NCBI RefSeq assembly: GCF_001194135.2
Contig: NC_068996.1
Location: 52,285,613 to 52,349,612, forward strand
DNA from: Octopus bimaculoides
Taxonomy: Eukaryota
Length of the DNA stretch: 64,000 bases
Reading direction: 5' to 3'
The position numbers and the translations under genes were made by a program. Shown here one piece after another: positions 1 to 11,399 of this stretch (positions are counted from its first letter, which is position 1; every line of letters begins with the position of its first letter). Below the pieces are notes generated by a model that did no database searches, was not told the origin of the DNA, and saw only the letters and a list, made by a program, of their open reading frames with translations.

Positions 1-587
1 AAAAGCTTAAAAGAAATAAAATATTTTTGTAAGTAAAATGAAAAACTAACTGAAAAGAAAAGCTATGTTCTCTGAAAAAGAATTTTTTAAAAATAGGTGC
101 ACCAGCATGACCGCAGCCACTTGGCTGAAACACATAAATAAATAAAAAATAAAAAAATAAAAAAAAAGTCCATTGATCAATCCAAACACTGAAAGCAACA
201 TCTTGAGAGGAAATTGAACAACCAATGCAAGAGCCAAATCACCTGTATAACCATCTGATCACTGGCTCGGGAATGAAATTTGCTTAGGGAGTGCAAATTC
301 AGGCCCCAGAAGTTTGACAAGTAAGGTTATGGTTTCTATTTATTTATTTATGTTCTTTGTTAGAAGAAACCTAATTTAAAGTACATTTTACAGGTCACTG
401 TTTTCTAAACCTGAGAAAAGTAAGTAAGGGTGCAAATTTTGATTTTGCACTCAAACAAAACTTTAGTGGGTGCGCTTGCACCCCGTTCCCATGCTTATGC
501 ATGTATGTGATCACTGTACCCCACAACAAGTACCTCTCCTATCTATCACAGGAGGCACAAAGAACTTTCAAATTCATGTATACACAT

Positions 588-729
588 GACAGAATTTCTG
601 CCTACCAAATCCACTCACAAGGCTTTGCTTTGCCCAAGGTTATAGTAGAAAACACTTGCCCAAAGTGCCGTGCAGTGGGACTGAACCTGGAGTCATATAA
701 TTGTGAAGCAAGCTTCTTACCCACTCAGC
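588..729 (-). mobile_element. tRNA-derived SINE (family A), 5' part
   Basis: Reverse complement matches the head seen at 7310, 33600 and 40236 (ggtaagaagcttgcttc...ggttcagtcccactgc...gccttgtgagtggatttggtag). Confidence 0.8.
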
Positions 730-1455
730 TGTTAATGATTAATTAGAAAGAAAAAAATTTAGAAAAGAGAGTTCCACATTGCTATACAAGATTACATGTG
801 AATATGAAGCAAAGAAGTTTCAGAGATACAAATGTTTTTAAATGCCTTCATTTAGACCAGTTATGGAAACTTAAGACAAAAAGTGACTGTCTGCCAGAGA
901 TAAGAAAACAAACAAGCATGTGTGTGGATGTGTGTGCGTGCATGGATGCAGGCACACACATACTGAATCACCCTCAACTTGGATGTAAGTATCTGAAAAT
1001 TGAAATGTAAAAATAATTATTTTTCAACAAATTATTCATTAAGTAGACCAAAGCTATGAAGGGAGAAACGAACAAACATTTAATCAAACAAAGATTTATT
1101 TCAAACTAAAACTATAATACTTCTTTATGTATAACAGTGCATATGTTTTTCCTGAAATGAGAGTAATCATAACAATTGTTAGTTGTTCCTATTCTGAAGT
1201 ACTCTTTATAAACAGATGACCATGAGAGAAGGATTATAATCATAGGTCAACAACTTTCAGCATCCGTCTCTGTAATTTATTGACTGCCATAGCAAAACAT
1301 AATTTTACTGGAAATTGTAAAAGAGCTTAAAATGAAAAGATATTTCTGATGTTATTAGAGGCGTCTTAGAAATAAGATTATCTACTCTTTTGCTGTAGCC
1401 AGTTTAAATGTTTAAGTCTGTATTTCAAAGCATGAAGCATTTAAACTAAATGCTA

Positions 1456-2010
1456 AACCTTTAGCATTTAAACTGGCCATATCTGGTTCAAATATTCTGA
1501 GTTTTATGTTCAAACTGGCCAGATCTGTTCTCTCACATCTACTCTATAATTATCATCATCATTGTCCAGTGTTTTAAATCTGGATTTTGTCCCTGTTAAT
1601 GGGGGTGGCCGGATCTGCCTCAATGCCATAGCAACCAAGGTAGGCAGGAGCAGCCCACCCCAACCTTTGGGCTGGCTGGTGCCCATTCTCCTTTGCAATC
1701 GTGAGGCTTTTTGGAGCTGGGTTTTCTACAGGGAGCATGCCTTTGCTTACCCACAACCTCACTTTCTAGACATGAGTGGTCTGGAGACCAAGGCCTCTAC
1801 CATAGTTTTTAAGAAATGTGGTGGAAAACTAGCTCAGGAAGGCAGGGACGCTACTCCCTGAGACCCCTTTCGGAGCCCCCCTATCTAGAATATCATTCTA
1901 AAAACTTTCATATTTCAAAATCTCAAAGCAACAATACACAATAAATTCACATCAATGCAAATAAATAAGCATTACATTTGACTGAATAATCTGAATGCCT
2001 TTATTATTAA
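1456..2010. mobile_element. piggyBac-type (TTAA-family) MITE split by an insertion at about 1552-1880
   Basis: Starts with the CCTTTAGCATTTAA end; body matches 11714-11923 on both sides of the insert. Confidence 0.6.
1552..1880 (-). mobile_element. Non-LTR retroposon 3' fragment with (GAT)n tail
   Basis: On the minus strand ends in ...aaaacactggacaatgatgatgat; interrupts the MITE above. Confidence 0.45.
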
Positions 2011-2065
2011 TCTGGAACTATAGCAAAAATTAGGTTTAATTAATTTCATTTAAAATATTATAGAC

Positions 2066-2138
2066 AATCGTCAAATCGTCCAACCCATGCTAGCATGGAA
2101 AGCGGACATTAAACGATGATGATGATGATGATGATGAT
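2066..2138 (+). mobile_element. 5'-truncated RTE 3' tail
   Basis: ccaacccatgctagcatggaaagcggacattaaacg followed by (GAT)n, the same family terminus as the RTE at 8790-10810. Confidence 0.85.
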
Positions 2139-2314
2139 TCTAACCGTAACCCTGTAGCATTCTGATTACTCTGTCAAATGTAATGCTTATTTATTCATAA
2201 TCTTTTCATTTAATCATGTATTATCTCATAGTTTTGAGATTTCAATGATGTAATTGTTTAGCTTTAGAATGACATTGTAGGGTAGGTGAGAGAGGCCAGA
2301 TATGCCTGGTTTAA

Positions 2315-2531
2315 CCCTTTAGCATTTAGGTTAGCCTGTCAAGTGTAATGCTTATTTCTTCATATTTTCAATTTATCATGTATTATCTCGTAGCTTTGAG
2401 ATTTTGATGATGTGATTGTTTATTTTAAGAATGACATTGGAGAATAAATGTGAGAGGTCAGATTTGTCCAATTCCAACATAAAACAAGCTGAATATTTGG
2501 GCCGAATAAGACCAATTTAAATGCTAAAGGG
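2315..2531. mobile_element. piggyBac-type MITE with TTAA TSD
   Basis: TTAA|CCCTTTAGCATTTA ... TAAATGCTAAAGGG|TTAA; a partial copy lies just upstream (about 2140-2310). Confidence 0.8.
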
Positions 2532-2778
2532 TTAAGGTGTAGCTATGAATGAGGTAATCCTTTAAGTTCTAAAGAATTTAGAAACTGTTGGATCAATAAC
2601 TGTGTCATTTGAGGGAAAGGTGTGTTATTGGTGAGAAAGAATAAAAAGTGCAATTTTTTTTTAGACAGGATAAAACAATACTGTTTGACTTAATTTCTAT
2701 TATTATTAAATTATAATTAAACTAGAAATAATACATTTCTAAGTCTGTCAGAGAAATTTATGCAGTAGTGATGCGATA

Positions 2779-3184
2779 AAGTAGTTGTATGCTGTCAACT
2801 TAATGTGACAGTCACCTGAAGGGAATAATACTACTGCTATTTAGCCCTAGGAAGCTGCACCGCTTCCTGTCGGCCTTGACACATTTCCTGTGTCCTTATG
2901 TTTGCAAAGGGGAGACAAGCACCTCCACTTAGCTAAGCCTGCATCCAGTGACATGTTTTTGAGTCTTTGCTCGTCATCAGTCTGCCATTTGTACTCCAGA
3001 CTGATGAGGTGCAAAGACTCAGAAACATGTCTCTGGATGCAGGCTTAGCTAAGTGGAGGTGCTTGTCTCCCCCTTGCAAACATAAGGACACAGGAAATAT
3101 GTCAAGGCCGATAGGAAGCTAAATAGTAGTAGTATTATTCCCTTCATGGGATTGTCACATTAAGCTGACAGCATACAACTACTT
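2779..3184. mobile_element. Fold-back (hairpin) MITE, about 200-bp arms, 12-nt loop, TA flanks
   Basis: 2777-2984 is a near-perfect reverse complement of 2997-3186; loop 2985-2996. Confidence 0.85.
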
Positions 3185-3267
3185 TATAATTAAACTGTCC
3201 ATGCGAAACTACATTCAGTTTTCATTTGTTTTGAAGAAAGTCAAGAACGTTATAATCTAAGGGAGAA

Positions 3268-3582
3268 AACTTGGGTGCCACTTTAGCATGATTATTTGCA
3301 CTTTAGTGTAATCTAACTCCCTTAACCTGTGAACTCGATGCTAACCCTAAACACTAACACTAATCCTAACACTAACCCCTAACTCTGATACTTAACTCTA
3401 TCCTAACACTAAACTTAACTATAACTCCTAACACTAAACTTGAGCAACCCCTAACCCTAACATGTAACTCTAACCCTAAATTTAACCCTAACCCCTAGCC
3501 CAATTCAACGCAAATCAGGTCATTTCACAGCATAGACTATGGATACTGTGGTAGACTGCATGCTAAAGTAACACCAAAACTT
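3268..3582. mobile_element. MITE with 17-bp imperfect TIRs carrying degenerate (CCCTAA)n
   Basis: ggtgccactttagcatg (3274-3290) versus catgctaaagtaacacc (3559-3575); telomere-like hexamers at about 3313-3500. Confidence 0.6.
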
Positions 3583-3754
3583 TCATTCCTTCCTCTATCA
3601 TTATTTACTGTAATATAATTAGCAATAATCATTAATTATTAATTTCATAATTTTATTACTACAAAACGAACAAAATATATAGCATTATTAATTTTTTTGG
3701 TAAAGAGATGGATATCTTTAAGCTATTTTTATTAAATTTATAAGTTCAACTATT

Positions 3755-4102
3755 TGGGTTTCTATGAAGGATCCCCTTCGGTCATGACTGACCATGGGAT
3801 TCTATCTAGAAAGTTACCCTCTAAAGTACAAGTCCAGGCAAAGTTGTTAATGGAAGATCAGCAGTCACCCATGCATACCAGCCTCCCCTCTCCATACCAT
3901 CAACCTTATCCAAGGGAAAGACAAAGGCTGATAGAGCTTGGCACCAGTGACATTGCAACTCATTTCTATAGATGAGTGAACTAGAGGAATGTGAAATAAA
4001 GTATCTTGCTCAATAACACAACACACAGCCCAGTCTGGGAATCGAACTCACAACCTCATGATTGTGAGTCCAAAGCTCTAACCACTGAGCCATGTGTCTT
4101 CA
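3755..4102 (-). mobile_element. tRNA-derived SINE (family B), near full length
   Basis: Minus-strand head TGGCTCAGTGGTTAGAGC...GAGTTCGATTCCC (A/B boxes); second copy at 46700-47030. Confidence 0.85.
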
Positions 4103-4179
4103 CTTGGGTTTCTATAGCAATCAAACAAACTTCCTTTTGTGTGTGTATGTATATGTATGCATGTGTGTATGTATATATA

Positions 4180-4400
4180 CATTCCAAAATGTAACCACAT
4201 GTGGATTGTTGGTGATGTTTTCCCTCCATCTTCTTTTTCTCTTGGACTTTCCTCTGTCTCCTGTTTCTGAAGAAGAGCTTTGCTTGAAATGTAAAACACC
4301 CTTTCTTTCCTTCCCTGAGTGTCTTGATACTTTGCATGTATCATATCCTTGCATTGCGTTTTTTCTTGTGTTTTTTCCTTCATTTTTTTTTTGTATATAT
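4180..4400 (+). mobile_element. Penelope-like pseudo-LTR fragment (family H1)
   Basis: Contains a hammerhead core; homologous to 18550-18715 (minus), 18190-18255 and 30025-30190. Confidence 0.6.
4262..4298 (+). ncRNA. Minimal type I hammerhead ribozyme motif
   Basis: Stem I TGTTT/AAACA, core CTGAAGA, stem II GAGC-TTT-GCTT, GAAA, loopless stem III AT/GT, GUA cleavage triplet. Confidence 0.7.
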
Positions 4401-4412
4401 TATATATATATA

Positions 4413-4890
4413 TATCATCATCATCATCGTTTAACGTCTGCTTTCCATGCTGGCATGGGTTGGACGGTTTGACTGAGGACAGGTGAGCCAGAAGGCTGCA
4501 CCAGGCTCAATCTGATCTGGCAGAGTGTCTACAGCTGGATGCCCTTCCTAATGCCAACCACTCCAAGAGTGTAGTGGGTGCTTTTACAAGGGCCAGTCTG
4601 GCGGTACTGGCAATGGCCACGCTCAAATGGTATTTTAACGTGTCACCTGCACAGGAGCCAGTCCAGCAGCACTGGCAATGCCCTCGCTCAAATGTTGTTT
4701 TCCACATACCTCCGACACAAGTGCCAGTAAGGCGACACTGGTAACAATCACGCTTGAACGGTGCTTTTTACATGCCACAGGCACAGGGGCCAGTTTGCAG
4801 CCCTGGTAACGATCATGTTCGGATGGTGCTCTTAGTGCTCCACTAGCACGGATGCCATTCATGCGGTGCTGTCATCGAATTTGGCTTCAA
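4413..4890 (-). mobile_element. RTE LINE 3' UTR (5'-truncated)
   Basis: (CAT)n + cgtttaacgtctgctttccatgc, i.e. the reverse of the RTE terminus. Confidence 0.85.
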
Positions 4891-4902
4891 TTATATATAT
4901 AT

Positions 4903-6335
4903 ACTAGCAGTATAGCCCAGCGCTGCTAGGGATTAAGCTAGGATTATTAAGTGATCAAGTGCTTTATNNNNNNNNNNNNNNNNNNNNNNNNNNNNNNNNN
5001 NNNNNNNNNNNNNNNNNNNNNNNNNNNNNNNNNNNNNNNNNNNNNNNNNNNNNNNNNNNNNNNNNNNNNNNNNNNNNNNNNNNNNNNNNNNNNNNNNNNN
5101 NNNNNNNNNNNNNNNNNNNNNNNNNNNNNNNNNNNNNNNNNNNNNNNNNNNNNNNNNNNNNNNNNNNNNNNNNNNNNNNNNNNNNNNNNNNNNNNNNNNN
5201 NNNNNNNNNNNNNNNNNNNNNNNNNNNNNNNNNNNNNNNNNNNNNNNNNNNNNNNNNNNNNNNNNNNNNNNNNNNNNNNNNNNNNNNNNNNNNNNNNNNN
5301 NNNNNNNNNNNNNNNNNNNNNNNNNNNNNNNNNNNNNNNNNNNNNNNNNNNNNNNNNNNNNNNNNNNNNNNNNNNNNNNNNNNNNNNNNNNNNNNNNNNN
5401 NNNNNNNNNNNNNNNNNNNNNNNNNNNNNNNNNNNNNNNNNNNNNNNNNNNNNNNNNNNNNNNNNNNNNNNNNNNNNNNNNNNNNNNNNNNNNNNNNNNN
5501 NNNNNNNNNNNNNNNNNNNNNNNNNNNNNNNNNNNNNNNNNNNNNNNNNNNNNNNNNNNNNNNNNNNNNNNNNNNNNNNNNNNNNNNNNNNNNNNNNNNN
5601 NNNNNNNNNNNNNNNNNNNNNNNNNNNNNNNNNNNNNNNNNNNNNNNNNNNNNNNNNNNNNNNNNNNNNNNNNNNNNNNNNNNNNNNNNNNNNNNNNNNN
5701 NNNNNNNNNNNNNNNNNNNNNNNNNNNNNNNNNNNNNNNNNNNNNNNNNNNNNNNNNNNNNNNNNNNNNNNNNNNNNNNNNNNNNNNNNNNNNNNNNNNN
5801 NNNNNNNNNNNNNNNNNNNNNNNNNNNNNNNNNNNNNNNNNNNNNNNNNNNNNNNNNNNNNNNNNNNNNNNNNNNNNNNNNNNNNNNNNNNNNNNNNNNN
5901 NNNNNNNNNNNNNNNNNNNNNNNNNNNNNNNNNNNNNNNNNNNNNNNCTGTCTTGCTTAGAAAAATTTGCGTTGATTTCTGTCTGCCTTACCCACTTAAA
6001 AAATTTTTTTTTTTTGGACGCTAGCAAACACTGTATCTTCCCCCTGTCACAAACACACTATTTCTTTCTTTTTCTCTCTGTCTGTCTGTCTGTCTCTTTC
6101 AAGGGCGTACGCACAGATTTGACTTCGCCATGTCAACAAACTTCAAAATTGGTTAAAGTTTATCGATTTTTACAGGTATACGCGGGTACCTCTGAGAGAG
6201 AAAGTTCACTAAAATGCACATAGGGTCATTCCGAATCTTCTCCTAAAATTGGAGCGACATGCATGCTAATTTGTGGACGTGCATAAACCACATTCACGTA
6301 CACACACACACACAAACATCCTCTGTTTTATAGAT
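4903..6335 (+). mobile_element. Helitron/Helentron-like non-autonomous element (interior largely an assembly gap)
   Basis: 5' ACTAGCAG plus imperfect palindrome cccagcgctgctaggg; 3' microsatellite then TTTTATAGAT; second copy at 47866. Confidence 0.55.
4968..5948. other. Assembly gap (largest; others at about 7784, 9355, 10811, 16311, 18256, 22029, 24768, 33998, 35746, 42456, 48222 and 55934)
   Basis: Runs of N. Confidence 0.99.
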
Positions 6336-6380
6336 ATTGATATACATGAATATGAATGTTTATATATATAAACATATATA

Positions 6381-6611
6381 TAGGGTTGGCCAGAAGTCAC
6401 CCGACAGTAAATATAGATTCCATAAAAACTATCTGTAATTCTGTATTGACTCGAATGGGAAAATGTGTCGCTGAAGAATGACTTCAGTCTGAACAATTTT
6501 CATGACGTTTCATATTTAGATGCCTTTATTAAATTCATTCAGTTGGTAAACAAATAAATCTTGGAATTAAATGGTTTTGATTTACTGTCAGGTGACTTTT
6601 GCTCAATCCTG
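6381..6611. mobile_element. Tc1/mariner-type MITE
   Basis: TIRs tagggttggccagaagtcacccgacagtaaa / tttactgtcaggtgacttttgctcaatcctg, flanked by TA. Confidence 0.75.
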
Positions 6612-6833
6612 TATATATATATATCATTGCTATTATGTTAAACTGTCGTATCAGATCTCCAGCTGCTTCAGATGCCAAGATATCGAAATTTATCAAAGTG
6701 TAGTTCTATGGTTTTACTATGGAATGGTGAAACTATTTTTCATTTTCTGAAAAAAGCAACGTTTTGGACTTACAACACTTTTGCATAATAGCAATGATAT
6801 ATATATCATTATTTAACATTTATTTTGATGAGG

Positions 6834-6866
<33 letters not shown>

Positions 6867-6884
6867 GGTATATAATATATAGTT

Positions 6885-7045
6885 GTGGGAGATACTGGTG
6901 TCATGCAAATGGCACCCATTACACTCTCGGAGTGGTTGGTATTGGGAAGAGCATCCAGCCACAGAAACCATACTGAATCAGCCCTGGTCAAACTGTCCAA
7001 CCCATGCTAGCATGGACAATGCACGTTAAATGATGATGACGATGA
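6885..7045 (+). mobile_element. RTE 3' tail
   Basis: ggaagagcatccagc...ccaacccatgctagcatgga...(GAT)n. Confidence 0.8.
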
Positions 7046-7309
7046 AGCACACACACACACGTTGAAGTTATAAGAATTTTATAAGCTTTTGAGAGAATAT
7101 AAAAATTCTTTTTTTAGAACATTGGTTCAGTGGTTCTTGAGGTACAACAGAGAGATGGATGGACAGCTGGATATACAGGAAGGAAAGCAGACAGACAGAT
7201 ATAAAGCAAATGGCAAGAGAGATGAACAGAGAAGAGAGAGAGGGATAGGACTGTAATTAAAGAAAAGGAAAACTAGAATGGACAATGGTAAAAGGGTAAA
7301 AAACACAGA

Positions 7310-7459
7310 CCTTCCTCTGTGCTAAGAAGCTTGCTTCCCGAAGACATGGTTTCAAGTTCAGTGCCACTGCATAGCACACTGGGCAAGTATCTTCTACTAC
7401 AGCCTCGGCTGACCAAAGCCTTACAATGGGGTTTGATGGACAGAAACTCAAGGAAACAT

Positions 7460-7494
<35 letters not shown>

Positions 7495-7700
7495 CTGCTT
7501 TTGCCTTTGTGCTTGATCACTCACCACTACTTCACAATTGGTGTTGGTTTGTTTACTGCCCTGTTAGCAGTTCAACAGAATAAGTACCAAACTTAAAAAA
7601 GCATTTGTACTGAGATTGGTTTGTTCAACTAAAACCCTTCAAGGTGGTGCCCCAGCATGGCCACAGTCCAATGAGTGAAACAAGTAAAAGATAAAAGATA
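7310..7700 (+). mobile_element. SINE family A with internal (TG)n
   Basis: Head aagaagcttgcttccc...gttcagtgccactgc; tail ggtggtgccccagcatggccacag. Confidence 0.8.
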
Positions 7701-8062
7701 TACTGGGATTGATTTGTTCAACTAAAACCCTTCAAGGTGGTGCCCCAGCATGGCAACAGTCCAATGAGTGAAACAAGTAAAAANNNNNNNNNNNNNNNNN
7801 NNNNNNNNNNNNNNNNNNNNNNNNNNNNNNNNNNNNNNNNNNNNNNNNNNNNNNNNNNNNNNNNNNNNNNNNNNNNNNNNNNNNNNNNAGATTGGTTTGT
7901 TCAACTAAAACCCTTCAAGGTGGTGCCCCAGCATGGCCACAGTCCAATGAGTGAAACAAGTAAAAGATAAAAGATATACTGGGATTGATTTGTTCAACTA
8001 AAACCCTTCAAGGTGGTGCCCCAGCATGGCAACAGTCCAATGAGTGAAACAAGTAAAAAGGT
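7609..8062 (+). repeat. Tandem about 91-bp reiteration of the SINE 3' tail (4 visible units across a gap)
   Basis: Units begin at about 7611, 7704, 7889 and 7981; the pair after the gap is essentially identical to the pair before it. Confidence 0.8.
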
Positions 8063-8789
8063 AAAAGATAATTTTTTAAAAATAAGTAAAAACTAAATGA
8101 AAAATAAAAACACGCTAGACAGAAAGGGATATAATGAGAAGCAAGGTAAGAGAGAAAAAAAAAAGAAAATATAACAAAAATAAAGAGAAAAAGAGACAAA
8201 GTAATGGTCAGCTTTTGTTTTAATAATGAAGTAAAAACAGATAAACACACCTATTTCCCATGATTGTAAAATATATATAAAGACAAATATACAAGAATGT
8301 AATGGTATGGATAAGTTCATGACCTGACACTTGGCAGGACCAACCCCATAAACACATATGTAGCATAGCTACCAATAAGTCACACTGTATGTTTCAACAG
8401 AACTAAATACAAAAGATACATGTATAGATTTACACAAACAATACACATATACATACATACTATATAGGTGAGAGCAGTGAGGAAGGACAATTAGGCAAAA
8501 CATGACAAAGATATTTAATTTAATTTAATCTAAATTACCTAATGTATGGTAAAAAATAGTAAATACTTTTTGTCCTTGTTCTGCCTTGTTTTACTCGTTG
8601 CCTTTCCCCCTCACCACATTAACCTACAAATACTGGCTCAAAGTGAAACCACCTTTAGCCGTTTTGCACAATGCAATCACATAGCTACAACTTCAACTGC
8701 TGTTCAAACTGGAATTTTGGTGACACACCTATTTGAGCACTCAGAACACATACTTATCAGTTTAAGTCACTCAGACAAAAACTCCTCAA

Positions 8790-10810
8790 GTTGTTAGATC
8801 AGGTAATGAAGGTCACGGAGAGGGTCATAGCCCAACTAACTAGGGAGAGAGTCAGTCTAAATGAGATGCAGTTTGGGTTTGTGCCAGGGAAAAGCACCAC
8901 TGATGCTATATTTCTGGTAAGACAGCTTCAGGAGAAATACCTAGCCAAAGATAAACCTCTGTACCTGGCTTTCGTTGACATGGAGAAAGCCTTTGACAGG
9001 GTCCCCCGATCCCTTATCTGGTGGTCAATGAGGAAACTTGGGATAGAAGAACGGTTAGTGAGAGCTGTGCGAGCCATATACAGAGATGCTGCCAGTAAGG
9101 TGAGGGTTGGCAATGAGTACAGAGAAGAATTCAGAGTAGGGGTAGGGGTCTACCAAGGATCTGTCCTCAGCCCCCTCTTATTCATCATAATCTTCCAGGC
9201 AATAACAGAGGAATTCAAGACAGGATGCCCCTGGGAGCTCCTCTATGCTGATGACCTTGCTCTAATTGCTGAGTTACTATCAGAATTAGAGGAAAAGTTT
9301 CAGGTGTAGAAGCAAGGACTAGAATCGAAGGGCCTTAGAATCAACCTAGCTAAANNNNNNNNNNNNNNNNNNNNNNNNNNNNNNNNNNNNNNNNNNNNNN
9401 NNNNNNNNNNNNNNNNNNNNNNNNNNNNNNNNNNNNNNNNNNNNNNNNNNNNNNNNNNNNNNNNNNNNNNNNNNNNNNNNNNNNNNNNNNNNNNNNNNNN
9501 NNNNNNNNNNNNNNNNNNNNNNNNNNNNNNNNNNNNNNNNNNNNNNNNNNNNNNNNNNNNNNNNNNNNNNNNNNNNNNNNNNNNNNNNNNNNNNNNNNNN
9601 NNNNNNNNNNNNNNNNNNNNNNNNNNNNNNNNNNNNNNNNNNNNNNNNNNNNNNNNNNNNNNNNNNNNNNNNNNNNNNNNNNNNNNNNNNNNNNNNNNNN
9701 NNNNNNNNNNNNNNNAGAATAAGAATAGCCTGGGTAAAGTTCAGAGAGCTCTTACCTCTGCTGGTGACAAAGGGCCTCTCTCTCAGAGTAAAAGACAGAC
9801 TGTATGACGCATGTGTACAAACAGCCATGCTACATGACAGTGAAACATGGGCCGTGACTGCTGAGGAAATGCATAAGCTTGCAAGAAATGAAGCCAGTAT
9901 GCTTTGCTAGATGTGCAATGTCAGTGTGCATACACGACAGAGTGTAAGTGCCTTGAGAGAAAAGTTGGATTTAAGAAGCATCAGATGTGGTGTGCAAGAG
10001 AGATGACTGCACTGGTATGGTTATGTGGTGAGAATGGATGAGGATAGCTGTGTGAAAAAGTGTCACACCCTAGCAGTTGAGGGAATCTGCAGAAGAGATA
10101 GACCCAGGAAAACCTGGGATGAGGTGGTGAAGCATGACCTTTGAACATTGGGCCTAACCAAGGCAATGATTAGTGACTGGGACCTTTGGAGATATGCTGT
10201 GCTTGAGAAGACCCGACAAGCCAAGTGAGACCATAGCTCATGCCCTATGCCAGTGGGTGCAACCAGCCCATTTATGAATACCCCTCATTCATTGGACAAT
10301 AAACCTTTCATGTGAAGACCTATTGAGGCAAGTGAAATCAAAATTGCTGACGTGGCCGATGACAGTACCGCCTTATTAGCACTCGTGCCAGTGGAATGTT
10401 AAAAGTACATCTGAGCGTCATCATTGTCAGGTCCATGGATTGGCTCCCGTGCTGATGACACATGAAAAGCCTCATTCAAGCGTGATTGTTGCCAGTGTCA
10501 CCTTACCAGCACATGTGCTGGTGGCACGTGAAAAACAACGCCAGTGCTGCCGGACTGGCTCCCATGCAGGTAGCATGGAAAAACTCCTTTTGAGCGCGGT
10601 CATTGCCAGAACCACCTGACTGGCCCTTGTGCCGGTGGCACATAAAAGCACCCACTATACTCTATGAGTGGTTAGCATTAGGAAGGGCATCCAGCTGTAG
10701 AAACTTTGCCAGATCAGATTTAGCCTGGTGCAGCCTCTGGCTCACCAGTCCTTAGTGAAACCATCCAACCCATGCCAGCATGGAAAACAGACATTAAACG
10801 ATAATGATGA
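8790..10810 (+). mobile_element. RTE-clade LINE, 5'-truncated: RT domain, C-terminus and 3' UTR
   Basis: ORF 8791-9309 has QFGFVPGKSTTDAIF, FVDMEKAFDRVPR, QGSVLSPLLF and LLYADDL; HSETW and GRPRKTW-type remnants follow; (GAT) tail at 10800. Confidence 0.95.
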
Positions 10811-11024
10811 NNNNNNNNNNNNNNNNNNNNNNNNNNNNNNNNNNNNNNNNNNNNNNNNNNNNNNNNNNNNNNNNNNNNNNNNNNNNNNNNNNNNNNNNNN
10901 NNNNNNNNNTATATATATATATATATATTATATACATATTCGGTCATCCCATAGCTAATGTGTTTTTTTCTACTTTTTATTTTTCAAAATTAAGATAAAC
11001 AATGTTATTTTTTAAATCTAAATT

Positions 11025-11260
11025 ATATACTCCCCTTCATTTTCTGCAATGGTAGACTTGTAAGGCTTGTCCAAGATGAAAAATACTCCTCCAGTACTGT
11101 TCTGACCCTTTATCTACAGAATTCATATTTTTTCTGTCCAAATGATTATGAAGAATGCGGAATAAATGATAATCAGATGCGGCAATGTCCGGTGAATATG
11201 GTGGATGGGGCATTGTTTCCCATTCCAACTGCTCCAGCCTTTGGAATGTCATCCTCACTG
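11025..11260 (-). pseudogene. mariner transposase C-terminal fragment
   Basis: WETMPHPPYSPDIAASDYHLF matches the mariner YSPDLAPSDY motif. Confidence 0.9.
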
Positions 11261-11399
11261 TATTTTACCAGATTCTTTTGCTCGACTACTAACTCACAGA
11301 GATGAAAACAAGCCAACACTGTCAAGCAGTGTGGGAGCAAATAGAAACACAAAAGTTATATCCATATGTATTGCATATGGGTATGACTTTAAACTGCAT

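Noticed and set aside
860-992. Possible micro-exons giving DTYIQVEGDSTVTFCLKFP, reminiscent of RAD9 (ITFCLKE)
   Set aside because: Needs a weak donor, stops immediately after the motif, and no other RAD9 exons are recognisable.
3313-3500. True telomere or chromosome fusion site
   Set aside because: Short, degenerate and enclosed in TIRs.
4933-6027. Long ORFs of 200-360 aa in the track (also about 35737, 42393 and 48075)
   Set aside because: They are open only because they run through N gaps.
7609-8062. CRISPR-like repeat array
   Set aside because: Head-to-tail SINE tails without unique spacers, eukaryotic context, no cas genes.
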